Both the position numbers and the translations under genes were made by a program. This document shows, piece by piece, positions 30,170-40,011 of a stretch of DNA of 64,000 nt. Under the pieces are notes generated by a model. That model was not told where the DNA came from, did no database searches, and saw only the letters and a program-made list of their open reading frames with translations. The stretch covers positions 138,201-202,200 of the forward strand of contig CAVWHO010000015.1 of the NCBI GenBank assembly GCA_963754875.1, in the 5' to 3' direction. Each line of letters begins with the position of its first letter. Within the stretch, counting starts at the first letter, position 1. The DNA is from Nitrospirota bacterium (GTDB lineage Bacteria; Nitrospirota; UBA9217).

Positions 30170-31264
30170 CTAAATGAAAATATTCACCATGCCCCGTGTC
30201 GTAGTTGTGCTTGGTGAAATGACTGACTGAAGGGCGGGCCTGCTGCTTTGCCGGGCCTCGTCCTGCTGGTACGAATCCGAGCCGTCCCGGGTCCCCTGCT
30301 GTCTCAGTGACACGGAAAACCCGCCGACGCTCACGCCGTCTCCGAGAAGAGAATTGACGATCTGCTGCATATTGTTTTCAATCATTTTTTTCGCAGCGTC
30401 ATCGGCCACATTGATCTGCGCGTTGACGGCCCCTTTATCGAGGCTCAGGTTGATATCGAGTTTACCAAGACCGTTGTGGTCCAACTGTACGGCAATACGG
30501 TTTCCGTCCTTCACGATAGAGACCGCATGGTCAAACGCGTCGGAAGAATCAACCCCATGGGGCCGCGTGGCAGCCGGAAAAGCTCCGGTGTCCGTTGTTT
30601 GGACAGCCGCGTCACGGGGCGCCGTATGCTGGCCTGAAGATTGGGCCTGCTGAACCATCGTTGCGAAGTCCGTCTTTGCCGGCCCGGATAGCGTCGGCTC
30701 TGTTTTTTGTCGTCCCTCGTCGTTTTCGCCTTGCCTGTTCAATATTGCGGCGTCCTGCAGCAGCGAGGCGTCGCGCTTCCCGGACTTGTCCGATAAATAA
30801 AAAACATTCTTGCCGTCGAGATCATTCTGTCCCGTTTGCGCATTCCCGTCCGGGGACGTTCCTTTTGTTTCTGCAGGGGCCTTCCGAACACGATCAGGGT
30901 CTTCCAAATTCTCCTTGATGTTCTTCAGCGACTCGGCAAACTGGGCTGCTGCATTTCCCCCGTCTGTCGTTTTGTCTTGATTTTGAATTCCCAGGAACAG
31001 CTTGGAAATATCGGCTTGCTGCTGAGCCGCAGGCTGGGCTTGAGGTTGCTCTGCGGGCTTTCCAGCCGGCTGCGTCTCATCGCCCAGTTTCGCCGCGTCA
31101 AAAGGCGTTTGCTGTCCATTCTGGAGGACTGCCGCCAGCAACTGGCCCAGCAGAATGCCGAAGGCAGGATCAGCAGTGTCGCCTGCTGCGCCGGGTTTGG
31201 GAGCTGCGGCCGGGCCGTTCTGTACGTCCGATGACGGGATTTTTGCTGCCGGTATCATGAGCAT
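30170..31264 (-). CDS. fliK: Flagellar hook-length control protein FliK (start approximate)
   Basis: Low-complexity N-terminus; C-terminal IAVQLDHNGLGKLDINL hook-length domain; upstream of flgD; start placed downstream of the sigma54 site. Confidence 0.8.
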   Translation of the reverse strand: MLMIPAAKIPSSDVQNGPAAAPKPGAAGDTADPAFGILLGQLLAAVLQNGQQTPFDAAKLGDETQPAGKPAEQPQAQPAAQQQADISKLFLGIQNQDKTTDGGNAAAQFAESLKNIKENLEDPDRVRKAPAETKGTSPDGNAQTGQNDLDGKNVFYLSDKSGKRDASLLQDAAILNRQGENDEGRQKTEPTLSGPAKTDFATMVQQAQSSGQHTAPRDAAVQTTDTGAFPAATRPHGVDSSDAFDHAVSIVKDGNRIAVQLDHNGLGKLDINLSLDKGAVNAQINVADDAAKKMIENNMQQIVNSLLGDGVSVGGFSVSLRQQGTRDGSDSYQQDEARQSSRPALQSVISPSTTTTRGMVNIFI

Positions 31265-31288
31265 GGTACTCATCGTACTCATGCCTAG

Positions 31289-31304
31289 AGCAACTCCCAT
31301 GCCA
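31289..31304 (-). promoter_or_regulatory. Sigma-54 -24/-12 promoter of fliK-flgD-flgE
   Basis: Minus strand TGGCAT-GGGAG-TTGCT. Confidence 0.8.
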
Positions 31305-31533
31305 GAGCGACCAGGGACTGCAAATCCGCTTTCATTTGATTGAAATAGCTGTAAAAATCGTACTCTCCCTTTCCGGCCCCCTGCTGCACTGGGCTTCGCG
31401 TGCATGAACACTTTTTGCCGGAGAGGGAAAATTTTTCTTAGCCGGGGATCTCCGAAAAGAGCCGGCCGCCGAAATGTTGTATTTACCCACGAACAGGGCA
31501 TTCAAAAACGTGAGCCCCTGCTTTTTCCATGAT

Positions 31534-31561
31534 TAAAGTTACAAGCCCCGAATGCCGATAA
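31534..31561 (+). promoter_or_regulatory. Sigma-28 promoter of the HDOD gene
   Basis: TAAA-N16-GCCGATAA. Confidence 0.8.
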
Positions 31562-31597
31562 GAACGATGGGAGACGAAGATCCATTTCGGGAAGCCG

Positions 31598-32425
31598 ATG
31601 ACGGACAGTGACGTAAAACGTTTCATCAAACAGCTCCACGATCTTTCCACCACGCCGGCCTTACTGGGTAAAATCCTTTCCCTCGTAGGAGACGAAACAA
31701 AATCAACAGAGGATCTGTGCGAGCTGATATCGTACGATCCGGCCATGGCCCAACGGGTATTGAAAATCGCCAATTCCGCCTTCTTTGCGCATTCCGGCCA
31801 GATCAAGGACATTCATCAGGCAGTGCTCTTTCTCGGCCTGGACAGGATCAAGTCCATCGTCATGGGCATGACGGTCATGAACATTTTTCCATCTTCCGGG
31901 GCGTTCCGGGTGGAAAATCTCTGGATCCACAGCTATGAAGTGGCGTTCCTTTCCTCGGTGCTGACCGAGAAGATCGCCATTACCATGCCGCAGGAGTCGT
32001 TTCTGGCAGGACTGCTCCACGACATCGGGCGAATCGTGTTCTACAGTTTGGACCACGCATCATTTCAGACAATCGAGACCACGGATACCATGCTCGAGCA
32101 AGAAACCGCGGTCTTTGGATGCACGCATGCGGAAGCCGGAGCATGGTTTGCCGAAGACATCGGCCTGCCGGACAGTATCGTTTCGACGATCAGGTACCAC
32201 CACAAGCCGTCTGCCGCACCCGGTGAGATGAACCTTGTTTCCCTGGTTTCTCTCGCAGAAGCATTTGCCAGGATGTTCAGCCCGCGCGTAGAGGACGATG
32301 GTATCTGGACACGTGAACATGACGCCATCCTCCTTGAATTTTCTCTGTTCAACGAAGATATTCACGCCATCGGCGACAGATTCAGCGCCGCGCGTGACGA
32401 CATGGAAAGCTTCTTTGCTTCCTGA
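31598..32425 (+). CDS. HDOD domain protein (second copy)
   Basis: DPAMAQRVLKIANSAFF, LWIHS, AGLLHDIG, THAEAG, IRYHH. Confidence 0.93.
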   Translation: MTDSDVKRFIKQLHDLSTTPALLGKILSLVGDETKSTEDLCELISYDPAMAQRVLKIANSAFFAHSGQIKDIHQAVLFLGLDRIKSIVMGMTVMNIFPSSGAFRVENLWIHSYEVAFLSSVLTEKIAITMPQESFLAGLLHDIGRIVFYSLDHASFQTIETTDTMLEQETAVFGCTHAEAGAWFAEDIGLPDSIVSTIRYHHKPSAAPGEMNLVSLVSLAEAFARMFSPRVEDDGIWTREHDAILLEFSLFNEDIHAIGDRFSAARDDMESFFAS

Positions 32426-32710
32426 TCACTGGCTCGAATGATATTCCTAACAACCTGCGCAATTCTTTTTTTCATCTCAATATCCTGACCCGTTCTGACT
32501 TCGCACATGATTAAATTACATCAACTCGTCAAAAAGCTGACGTCATTTCATATTCATTTCCTCTCTTGCAAATCGACATTATAGGTCATCGTTTTCAAGC
32601 CAATCTGCAATGATGCATAACATACTGAAATACCGGTGCTTTATTTACTCTTTTTGTTCTCTAAAAAAATCATACTCAGTATATGACTGTCTATGAATAC
32701 AATCTTACTA

Positions 32711-32726
32711 TGGCACGCCTCTTGCT
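32711..32726 (+). promoter_or_regulatory. Sigma-54 -24/-12 promoter
   Basis: TGGCAC-GCCTC-TTGCT with an AT-rich upstream region. Confidence 0.85.
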
Positions 32727-32792
32727 TTTTAAGATACAGATGTATGGCTGTCATAAAACAGTCAATGGCTAACAAACAAGAGGACCCAGGCG

Positions 32793-32942
32793 ATGCCGAT
32801 AGAACCTCCGGGAAAAATAAGCGGGTTGAAGATAGTACGGCGTGAAGAAAATGCGACCCTCGGGCAGAAGAAAAAGCAGGCAAAGAAAGAACGGCCGAAG
32901 CAGGAACAGGAAAAAACCGGGAAGATAGACATTAAAATCTGA
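32793..32942 (+). CDS. Small basic protein (49 aa), not in the ORF track
   Basis: MPIEPPGKISGLKIVRREENATLGQKKKQAKKERPKQEQEKTGKIDIKI; RBS AAGAGG; first ORF after the sigma54 promoter; stop 3 nt before the next ATG. Confidence 0.65.
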   Translation: MPIEPPGKISGLKIVRREENATLGQKKKQAKKERPKQEQEKTGKIDIKI

Positions 32943-32945
32943 AAT

Positions 32946-33866
32946 ATGGGAAAGAACATCATAACAGCCGACGCAAAAACGGCGGCAACGAAAGAAAAGA
33001 ACCTCCTGACGCTCGAGCTTGCCGAGATCAAGGAGATTTCGGAGCTTATTTTTAAAAAGCTGGAAAAGAAAATACAGGCCGTCGAAACGCTCGAAACAAA
33101 GGTGGACAAAAAAATATCCCTGTTCCAGCAGCTGATGCAGCAGGCGGCCGGCAACGCATCACCGTCTGCTGTTGAGACATCACTGGACGGCAAAATGGCA
33201 GCGCTCAAGGATACGATCCAGCGCTCGGAAGCCGCCGGATCACAGGCTCTCGCCGCACTCGAAGCATCGATGAAAACGAAGATGGCTGCATTCCAGCAGA
33301 TGGTCGAGCAGTCGGAAACAGCACGGTCACGCGCGCTTGCTGCACTCGAGGCGGCGGTGAATAAAAAAGCTCTTGCCGCGCTCGAAGCATCAATGGAAAC
33401 GAAGATGGCCGCATTCCAGCAGATGGTCGAGCAGTCGGAAACAGCACGGTCACGCGCTCTTGCTTCACTCGAGGCGGCGGTGAACAAGAAGGTGTCCGCC
33501 ATCGAAGGGCTGGTCCGGCACGAAGAGACGCTGCAGAAAAAAATCGAAGACGTCACTTCGCGGGAAGCGTCGCTCGACAAAAAGGCAGCCCTCCTCGACC
33601 GGCTGATCCAACGGGCCGGCGTCCTGGAGCAGAAGATACAGAACGTTGAGTCGCTGGAAGGATCGATTGACAAAAAACTGGGCGCCCTGGAACTTCTGGC
33701 GCGCAGGGCAGAGACGGTTAAGTCCCACTGGGGAGGCGCGGGCCGCCAACACGAAATCTTCGCCCTGTGCCAGAAAGGACTCTCATCGGCAGAAATCGCC
33801 GGGGCACTGGACATGCCGCAGGGTGAAGTAGACCTTACCCTGGAGCTGAACGCGCAACAGGCCTGA
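32946..33866 (+). CDS. Coiled-coil protein with C-terminal HTH-like domain (DUF2802-like, flagellar context)
   Basis: Helical heptad-rich body; C-terminal EIFALCQKGLSSAEIAGALDMPQGEVDLTLEL. Confidence 0.75.
   Translation: MGKNIITADAKTAATKEKNLLTLELAEIKEISELIFKKLEKKIQAVETLETKVDKKISLFQQLMQQAAGNASPSAVETSLDGKMAALKDTIQRSEAAGSQALAALEASMKTKMAAFQQMVEQSETARSRALAALEAAVNKKALAALEASMETKMAAFQQMVEQSETARSRALASLEAAVNKKVSAIEGLVRHEETLQKKIEDVTSREASLDKKAALLDRLIQRAGVLEQKIQNVESLEGSIDKKLGALELLARRAETVKSHWGGAGRQHEIFALCQKGLSSAEIAGALDMPQGEVDLTLELNAQQA
33246..33491 (+). repeat. 123-bp in-frame tandem duplication (2 copies, 41 aa each)
   Basis: ALAALEASM(K/E)TKMAAFQQMVEQSETARSRALA(A/S)LEAAVNKK at 33246 and 33369. Confidence 0.95.
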
Positions 33867-34011
33867 GGCAATTCTTACCACGGGAGGGAATTTTTTTCCC
33901 GGTATGGGGAAGCGGGTCTCAAACACGGTCCTGCGAAACAGCTCACAGTAAGGGCGTGAATATATGATGAATTTTTTCAGCTTCTCAGCAGAGCAGGAAA
34001 AAACAGGCCGC

Positions 34012-34027
34012 TGGCACGAGACTTGCT
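34012..34027 (+). promoter_or_regulatory. Sigma-54 -24/-12 promoter of the flgF operon
   Basis: TGGCAC-GAGAC-TTGCT, 15 nt before the flgF ATG. Confidence 0.85.
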
Positions 34028-34042
34028 CATTCAAGGACTGAC

Positions 34043-34771
34043 ATGTACAAAGGAATCTACATAGCAGCATCCGGGGCCGTATTAATGCAGACGCAATTGG
34101 AAATGATCTCGCAAAATTTGGCCAACGCGAACACCGCAGGGTACAAGAAGGACACGCTGGCGTTTAAAGATCATCTCGTGCAAACGGATGCGAGCACCGG
34201 GCCCGACGGCCGGGACATGAGCGATTATTCCGGCTCCAAGATCGATATGTCGAACGGCACCTCGGTCAAGACCGGTAATACGCTCGATATCGCCCTCGAT
34301 GGCGACGGTTTCATCGCGCTCGAAGGCAACCGGTATACACGCCGGGGAGACCTCAAAAAGAACAGTGACGGCTACCTTACCACCCATGATGGGATCAAGG
34401 TCATGGGCACGGGCGGTCCGATCTCGCTGCCGGAAGACAGCACGCAAATCAATATCGACCTGGAGGGAAAGGTTTCGGTAATGCAGGCCGGTAATGCACT
34501 GCCGACGGAGATCGATACAATAAAGATAGAGAATTTCGGTCCCGATGCCGGCATGACCGAGGCAGGCGACGGGATGTATACGTTTAGCGGCGAGGGAACG
34601 CAGTCGACCGCGACGGTGAAACAGGGATATATCGAAACGTCGAATGTCGATGCGATAAAGGAAATGGTGCGCATGATCGATACCATGCGGGAATTCGAGT
34701 CCTATCAAAAAGCCATTCAGATGTTTGATAACGCCACATCAAAGGTCACTAACCAATTGGGGAGTCTCTAA
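34043..34771 (+). CDS. flgF: Flagellar basal-body rod protein FlgF
   Basis: [42 protein letters not shown]; precedes flgG. Confidence 0.93.
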   Translation: MYKGIYIAASGAVLMQTQLEMISQNLANANTAGYKKDTLAFKDHLVQTDASTGPDGRDMSDYSGSKIDMSNGTSVKTGNTLDIALDGDGFIALEGNRYTRRGDLKKNSDGYLTTHDGIKVMGTGGPISLPEDSTQINIDLEGKVSVMQAGNALPTEIDTIKIENFGPDAGMTEAGDGMYTFSGEGTQSTATVKQGYIETSNVDAIKEMVRMIDTMREFESYQKAIQMFDNATSKVTNQLGSL

Positions 34772-34772
34772 C

Positions 34773-35561
34773 ATGCTAAGATCACTTTTTATCGCCGCGA
34801 CGGGAATGGAAGCACAGAAACTGAGCATCGACGTGATATCCAACAACCTCGCCAATGTCAACACGACGGGCTTCAAGAAAAGCAGGGCCGACTTCCAGGA
34901 CCTGCTGTACCAGACCATCAGGACGCCGGGCGCGACGTCCGCGGAAGGCTCGCAGATCCCGTCGGGCATCCAGGTGGGTATGGGGGTAAAGCCCGTGGCG
35001 GTCGAGAAAATTTTTCAACAAGGCGATTTTGTCCAAACGGGCAACAAACTAGATACGGTCATCGAAGGCGACGGCTTCTATCAGATTCAGACGCCGGACG
35101 GCACGACGGCTTACACCCGGTCCGGCGCCTTCAAGCTCGACAGCGACGGCCGGATCGTGAATTCCGACGGCTACCCGCTCGACCCGTCGATCACCATTCC
35201 GGCGAACGCAACGGACATCAGCATAAGTTCCGACGGAAAGATATCGGTGACACAGGCCGGCAGCTCGACGCCGACGCAGATCGGCCAGATCGAGCTGGCC
35301 AACTTCATCAACCCCGGCGGCCTCAACGCTCTCGGCAAGAACCTTTTCCAGCAGACCGGTTCGTCGGGAGACCCGACGACCGGCAACCCGGGCACCAACG
35401 GGCTCGGCACCATCTCGCAGGGATTCGTCGAAATGAGCAACGTAAACGTCGTCGAAGAAATGGTGAACATGATCGTGAGCCAGCGGGCGTACGAGATAAA
35501 CTCCAAGGCTGTCCAGGCATCCGATCAGATGCTGCAGGTCGCGAACAACTTGAGACAATGA
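34773..35561 (+). CDS. flgG: Flagellar distal rod protein FlgG
   Basis: [54 protein letters not shown]. Confidence 0.97.
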   Translation: MLRSLFIAATGMEAQKLSIDVISNNLANVNTTGFKKSRADFQDLLYQTIRTPGATSAEGSQIPSGIQVGMGVKPVAVEKIFQQGDFVQTGNKLDTVIEGDGFYQIQTPDGTTAYTRSGAFKLDSDGRIVNSDGYPLDPSITIPANATDISISSDGKISVTQAGSSTPTQIGQIELANFINPGGLNALGKNLFQQTGSSGDPTTGNPGTNGLGTISQGFVEMSNVNVVEEMVNMIVSQRAYEINSKAVQASDQMLQVANNLRQ

Positions 35562-35750
35562 TATGTTAGTTCTACTCAAATTTGATCTGTTCGCGCGAAT
35601 TCTGGGCAAAAAATCTTGGACACGGATAAAGGCGGATTTTGTTTTTCAAAACCGGGATTACATCATTTATTTTTCCGCCTTGATCATGGCCTTTATCGGA
35701 TTTTATCCGGGGCAAAGGTCTATTCTTTAGTTGCTGCCGGAGGCAGTGCT

Positions 35751-36502
35751 ATGAATTTGGAGTGCGAAATGCGTAATGCGGAATTTAAACGCGGCGGGCG
35801 GACAACGAGGCTTGCTTCTTTCTTCCTCCTTGTTTCACCCGCCGTCCTCCCTATCGTCACGGCGTTCTTCTTTTCGTTCCTTCAACCTGTGGTCGCTTCC
35901 GCCGCGTCCTGGAGTCACCGAGAGCGAGCTCAAGATCCTACTTGAAGGAACACTACCCCTGGGCTGAAGTGGACATCAGCGATCTCCAGGTGAGCACTGC
36001 TCTTCCAGCGGAACGGCCCGTCACCATCATCGTGGAAAAAACCCCTCCCGGCCGCTCCGTGTTCCGGTTCGAGTTCCGAAAGAGCAGGAGCATAATCGCA
36101 ACGGCACTGGTCAAGACCTTTGACCGGGTTTTCATGAGCAGGACCGCATTCAGAAAAGACTACGTGTTGCGCGCGGGCGATTTTTATCCTACGCTGATGG
36201 AGACCAGCCGCCTTCCGAAGGGCGCAGTGCGGGAGGAAGGCAGGCTCATCGGAAAGCCGCTCGTCCGCTCCATTGTGCCGAACGCTCCCATTACGGACTC
36301 GATGGTGTCGGAAACACCGATCGTGAAACGGGGCCGTAGCGTCGTTCTTTGCGTCGAGTCGGCGGGATTTTCGATCAAGGCGATGGGCGAGACCATGCAG
36401 GATGCCGCGGTCGGCGATTATGTAAACGCAATGAACCTGTCATCGAAAAAGATCGTGACCGGTCTGCTGGTGGACGAAGACACGGTCCGGGTGGAGTATT
36501 GA
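35751..36502 (+). CDS. flgA: P-ring chaperone FlgA (apparent frameshifts at ~35916-35932)
   Basis: SAF-like domain and IVKRGRSV..G.TMQDAAVGD.V..MNLSSKK; N-terminal part in another frame, rejoined by removing two single bases. Confidence 0.85.
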
Positions 36503-36503
36503 G

Positions 36504-37272
36504 ATGAAGAGCAGTCATGCGGTAGAAGTGGGAAGCGAGGTGCGGATTGAACAGGCGGAACAGGAAGTGCGGGTCCGACTCCTCGTCGTCTTCATTTTAT
36601 TGGCGTCGTCCTCCTCGTCCTGCGCTTCCACACCCAAGCTTCCTCCCCCGCCGCCGCGTTACGTGTACCAGAACCGGCCGTCCGACGAGACCAGGATGCC
36701 GACCCGGGGAAGCAACTCGCTCTACCGCGATACGGCAAGCCTGTACGAGGATGTGAAGGCCCATCGTTTGAACGACCTCATCACCATCAACGTCGTGGAA
36801 AATATCTCCGGATCGGGCACGGCCGACACGGCGGCAAACAAAGCATCGACCGTCGACGAATGGCGTCAACAGCCTCCTGGGCATACCGATGAACCTGAAC
36901 CTGTCGAACCTCTACGGCAAGGGCAATACGTTCTCTCCCACCGTAAACGGTGCGGCAAAAGAAGACTTCAAAGGCAGCGGCGCGACGAACAGGGCGGGAA
37001 GCCTGGTCGGAACGATCACGGCCAAAGTCGTCGAGGTGATGCCGAACGGTATTCTTTCGATCGAGTCCAGAAAAGAAATTACGATCAACAATGAAAAACA
37101 GATCCTCATCCTCCGCGGCATGGTCAGGCCCGACGATATCGCGGTGGACAATTCTGTTTTGAGCAACCGGATCGCGGACGCCGAGGTCTTTTTCGTCGGC
37201 GACGGCGTGGTACAGAACAAACAGGATACGGGCTGGCTCGTAAAATTAATGGATAAAGTATGGCCATTCTAA
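36504..37272 (+). CDS. flgH: L-ring protein FlgH (apparent frameshift at ~36860)
   Basis: Lipobox-like SSC; SLYEDVKA..NDLITINVVE; GTITAKVVEVMPNG; GMVRPDDI; ends WPF. Confidence 0.92.
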
Positions 37273-38428
37273 GAAAAGCAGAATACAGGGGTCAGGGGGC
37301 AGGAGTCAGGAGAAAAAAAATCGTGAGGCTGCTTTTCTGTTTTTGCCTTACGCTGGCTACTGGCTACTGGCTACTAGCTACTGATATTCACGCCGAGCGT
37401 ATCAAGGACATTGCGAGCTTCGAAGGCATGCGAGAGAACCAGCTGATCGGCTACGGCCTCGTGGTCGGTCTTGACGGCTCGGGAGACAAAGGCAACCAGA
37501 CGATCCAGACCATCGCCAATCTGATGAAGCGGATGGGATTGACCGTGTCCATCGCCGATATTAAAACAAAGAACGCAGCGGCCGTCATGGTAACGTCCTC
37601 TCTCCCGCCGTTTCCGAAACCGGGAATGAAACTGGACGCCCTCGTTTCGACGATCGGAGACGCCAAGAGCCTGCAGGGGGGGACCTTGCTTCTCGCTCCG
37701 CTCAAAGGACCGGACGGCAAAGTGTACGCGCTCGCGCAGGGCGCAGTGTCTGTCGGCGGGTTCATCGGCGGGGGCGGCGGTACGACGGTCCAAAAGAACT
37801 TCACGACGGCCGGCAGGGTGCCGAGCGGCGTTACGATTGAGAACGAACCGCCGTTCACGCTCGGTTCCGGGAACAAGATCAGGCTTTTTTTACAACGGCC
37901 GGATTTCACGACCGCGACGGAGGTCGCCCGGAAGATCAACGAAGCGCTCGGCGACGAGACGGCAGCCTCGACACTCGATCCGACGACCATTACGATTAAG
38001 ATCCCCGAGCAGTATCGGGGCAAGCTGGTCCAGCTGATCTGCGCTCGTGGAGGGTCTTGACGTGCCCGTGGACCAAACGGCACGCGTGGTGATCAACGAG
38101 CGCACAGGAACGGTCACCATCGGTGAGAACGTCAGGATCTCTCCGGTCGCGATTGCACACGGCAACCTGACGATCGAGATCAAGACCGAGTACCGGGTTT
38201 CGCAGCCGCCGTCCGTTCGCACCGAACCAGGCCCAGACCGTGGTCGTGCCGGAAAAGACCGTAAATGTAAAAGAGCAGAACGCTTCGCTCATGCAGGTGT
38301 CGGGAGCCACGCTTGGCGAGGTTGTGCGGGCGCTCAACGCCCTTGGCGTTACGCCCCGCGACCTGGTATCGATCCTCGAGGCGCTCAAGGCCGCCGGCGC
38401 GCTTCGGGCCGAGATGGAGATCATCTGA
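37260..38428 (+). CDS. flgI: P-ring protein FlgI (apparent frameshifts at ~38040 and ~38212)
   Basis: RIKDIA..RENQLIGYGLVVGLDGSGD; DAKSLQGGTLL; VVINERTGT; LNALGVTPRDL..ILEALKAAGAL spread over three frames. Confidence 0.93.
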
Positions 38429-39184
38429 TGCGGGACCTGTCGAGCATACAACCTTCTTTTACCGGGAATATCGAGGAGCTTCGCAACAGGAAAGATCCCG
38501 CGGCCGTCAAAGCGGTCGCCAAGGAAATGGAATCACTTTTTGTGTACGAGATGCTGAAAGTCATGAGGGAGTCATCGGGCACGTCTTCGTCAGGCAGCCT
38601 CGGCAGCGACACGTACACGAGCATGTTCGACATGGAACTTTCCAAAGTCATATCCCAGCGGCGGCCTCGGTTTGGCAGACATGATTGCAAAGGAGATGCT
38701 CGCCACGACCAATAAAGCAGGACAGTCTCCTGCACCTGCAGCGCCGTCCCAAGGGACAGGTCGCAAAAGCAGTCCCCGGAATCGGAAATTCAGGCGGTGC
38801 TTCCTGACATCACCAATCCCCGCATCAGCTCCGGCTACGGCACACGGCATGATCCCGTTCAGCGGAGAGCTTAAATTCCATCATGGTCTTGATATCCCGG
38901 CACCGGCGGGAACGAACGTCCATCCGGTTAGGCCGGGCACGGTCCTTTTCAGCGGTCAGCAGAGAGGATATGGAAATGTGGTGATCATTGATCACGGGGA
39001 CGGTTTTACGTCCAAGTACGCGCATAATCAGGAAAATCTCGTACAGGAGGGAGAGAAGGTCGATTCAGCGTCCGTTATAGCCCGGGTCGGTTCTACCGGA
39101 AAATCAACGGGCTCGCACGTTCATTTTGAGGTGGCCTACAGGGGTCGAGATGTCGACCCCGGCATGCTCCTGGCCCACAGGTAA
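38428..39184 (+). CDS. flgJ: FlgJ-like rod-binding protein fused to an M23 peptidase (apparent frameshifts)
   Basis: AVAKEMESLFVYEMLKVMR..YTSMFD (rod-binding), then HHGLD, GYGNVV.IDH, YAH, STG.STG.HVHFEV (M23). Confidence 0.82.
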
Positions 39185-39187
39185 GAT

Positions 39188-39214
39188 TAAAGTTTTTCCG
39201 GCAGTTGCCGATAA
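39188..39214 (+). promoter_or_regulatory. Sigma-28 promoter of flgMN(KL)
   Basis: Perfect TAAA-N15-GCCGATAA. Confidence 0.92.
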
Positions 39215-39250
39215 GAAAACCACAAATCTTACCTCGCAGAGGAGGACCAC

Positions 39251-39559
39251 ATGAACATCAATTCCAGCAAGCCCCCTGAAGGCCAGGGACCGAACCGGAG
39301 TGCCCAGCCGGCGCAGAACGTCCCGAAACCCGCGAACGTTGAGTCAAAAGACAACGCGGCCCCGGTCAAGAACGCGAGCCCGAAGGACCGGGTGGACATA
39401 TCAAGCAGGAGCAAGGAAATCGCCGATATCATGTCTGCGATCAACCAGCTCCCTGACGTGCGGACAGACAAAGTCCAGGAAATCCAGAAGAGCGTCGAAG
39501 CCGGCACCTATTCCGTGGATTCGAGCAAAGTCGCTGACAAGATCCTGAAAAACATATGA
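39251..39559 (+). CDS. flgM: Anti-sigma-28 factor FlgM
   Basis: DRVDIS..PDVRTDKV.EI...VEAGTY.VD..KVADKI; sigma28 promoter; RBS GAGGAGG. Confidence 0.93.
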   Translation: MNINSSKPPEGQGPNRSAQPAQNVPKPANVESKDNAAPVKNASPKDRVDISSRSKEIADIMSAINQLPDVRTDKVQEIQKSVEAGTYSVDSSKVADKILKNI

Positions 39560-40011
39560 GCACTGCCGATCACATAAAGTCCATTCTCACCGAGCAGGTC
39601 AACGGCTACCGCACCCTCCTCGAAATTCTCCGGCGGGAGCGCGAGTCCCTGCTCCACTTCAATGCGCCTGAAGTCGAGGCCCTTTCGAAGGAAAAGGACA
39701 CCATCGTCCTCAAGCTGAAGCTCCTCGAAGAAGAGCGTATCCGGCTCGTCCGGTCCTTCGTTTCGGAGCACGCCGTTGACGAAAAGGCCGCATTTCAGAC
39801 ATTAAGCGAGAAGACCGGCGATGATTCCTTCCAGCGGCTGCGGCTGCAGCTCATCTCGCTCCTCCAAAGCATCACGGAACTGAACGGTTTCAACCGTGTA
39901 TTGATCGAGCGTTCGGTAACGGTAGTAAAGAACGCCCTGAACTTTCTCGGTTCAATAGGCGTGACCGTGCAATCCACCAAATCAGGTTCGCTCCTGTCGA
40001 GGGAAGCATAA
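39556..40011 (+). CDS. flgN: Flagellar export chaperone FlgN
   Basis: Helical 151 aa protein between flgM and flgK; LN..N..LI motif. Confidence 0.85.
   Translation: MSTADHIKSILTEQVNGYRTLLEILRRERESLLHFNAPEVEALSKEKDTIVLKLKLLEEERIRLVRSFVSEHAVDEKAAFQTLSEKTGDDSFQRLRLQLISLLQSITELNGFNRVLIERSVTVVKNALNFLGSIGVTVQSTKSGSLLSREA

Noticed and set aside
31265..31501. Extended N-terminus of fliK as given in the ORF track
   Set aside because: It runs through the sigma54 promoter and intergenic DNA; the true start must be downstream of ~31289.
35900..38900. Programmed frameshifting or phase variation in flgA/H/I/J
   Set aside because: The breaks are not in slippery or homopolymer tracts and there are several per gene; sequencing error is more parsimonious.
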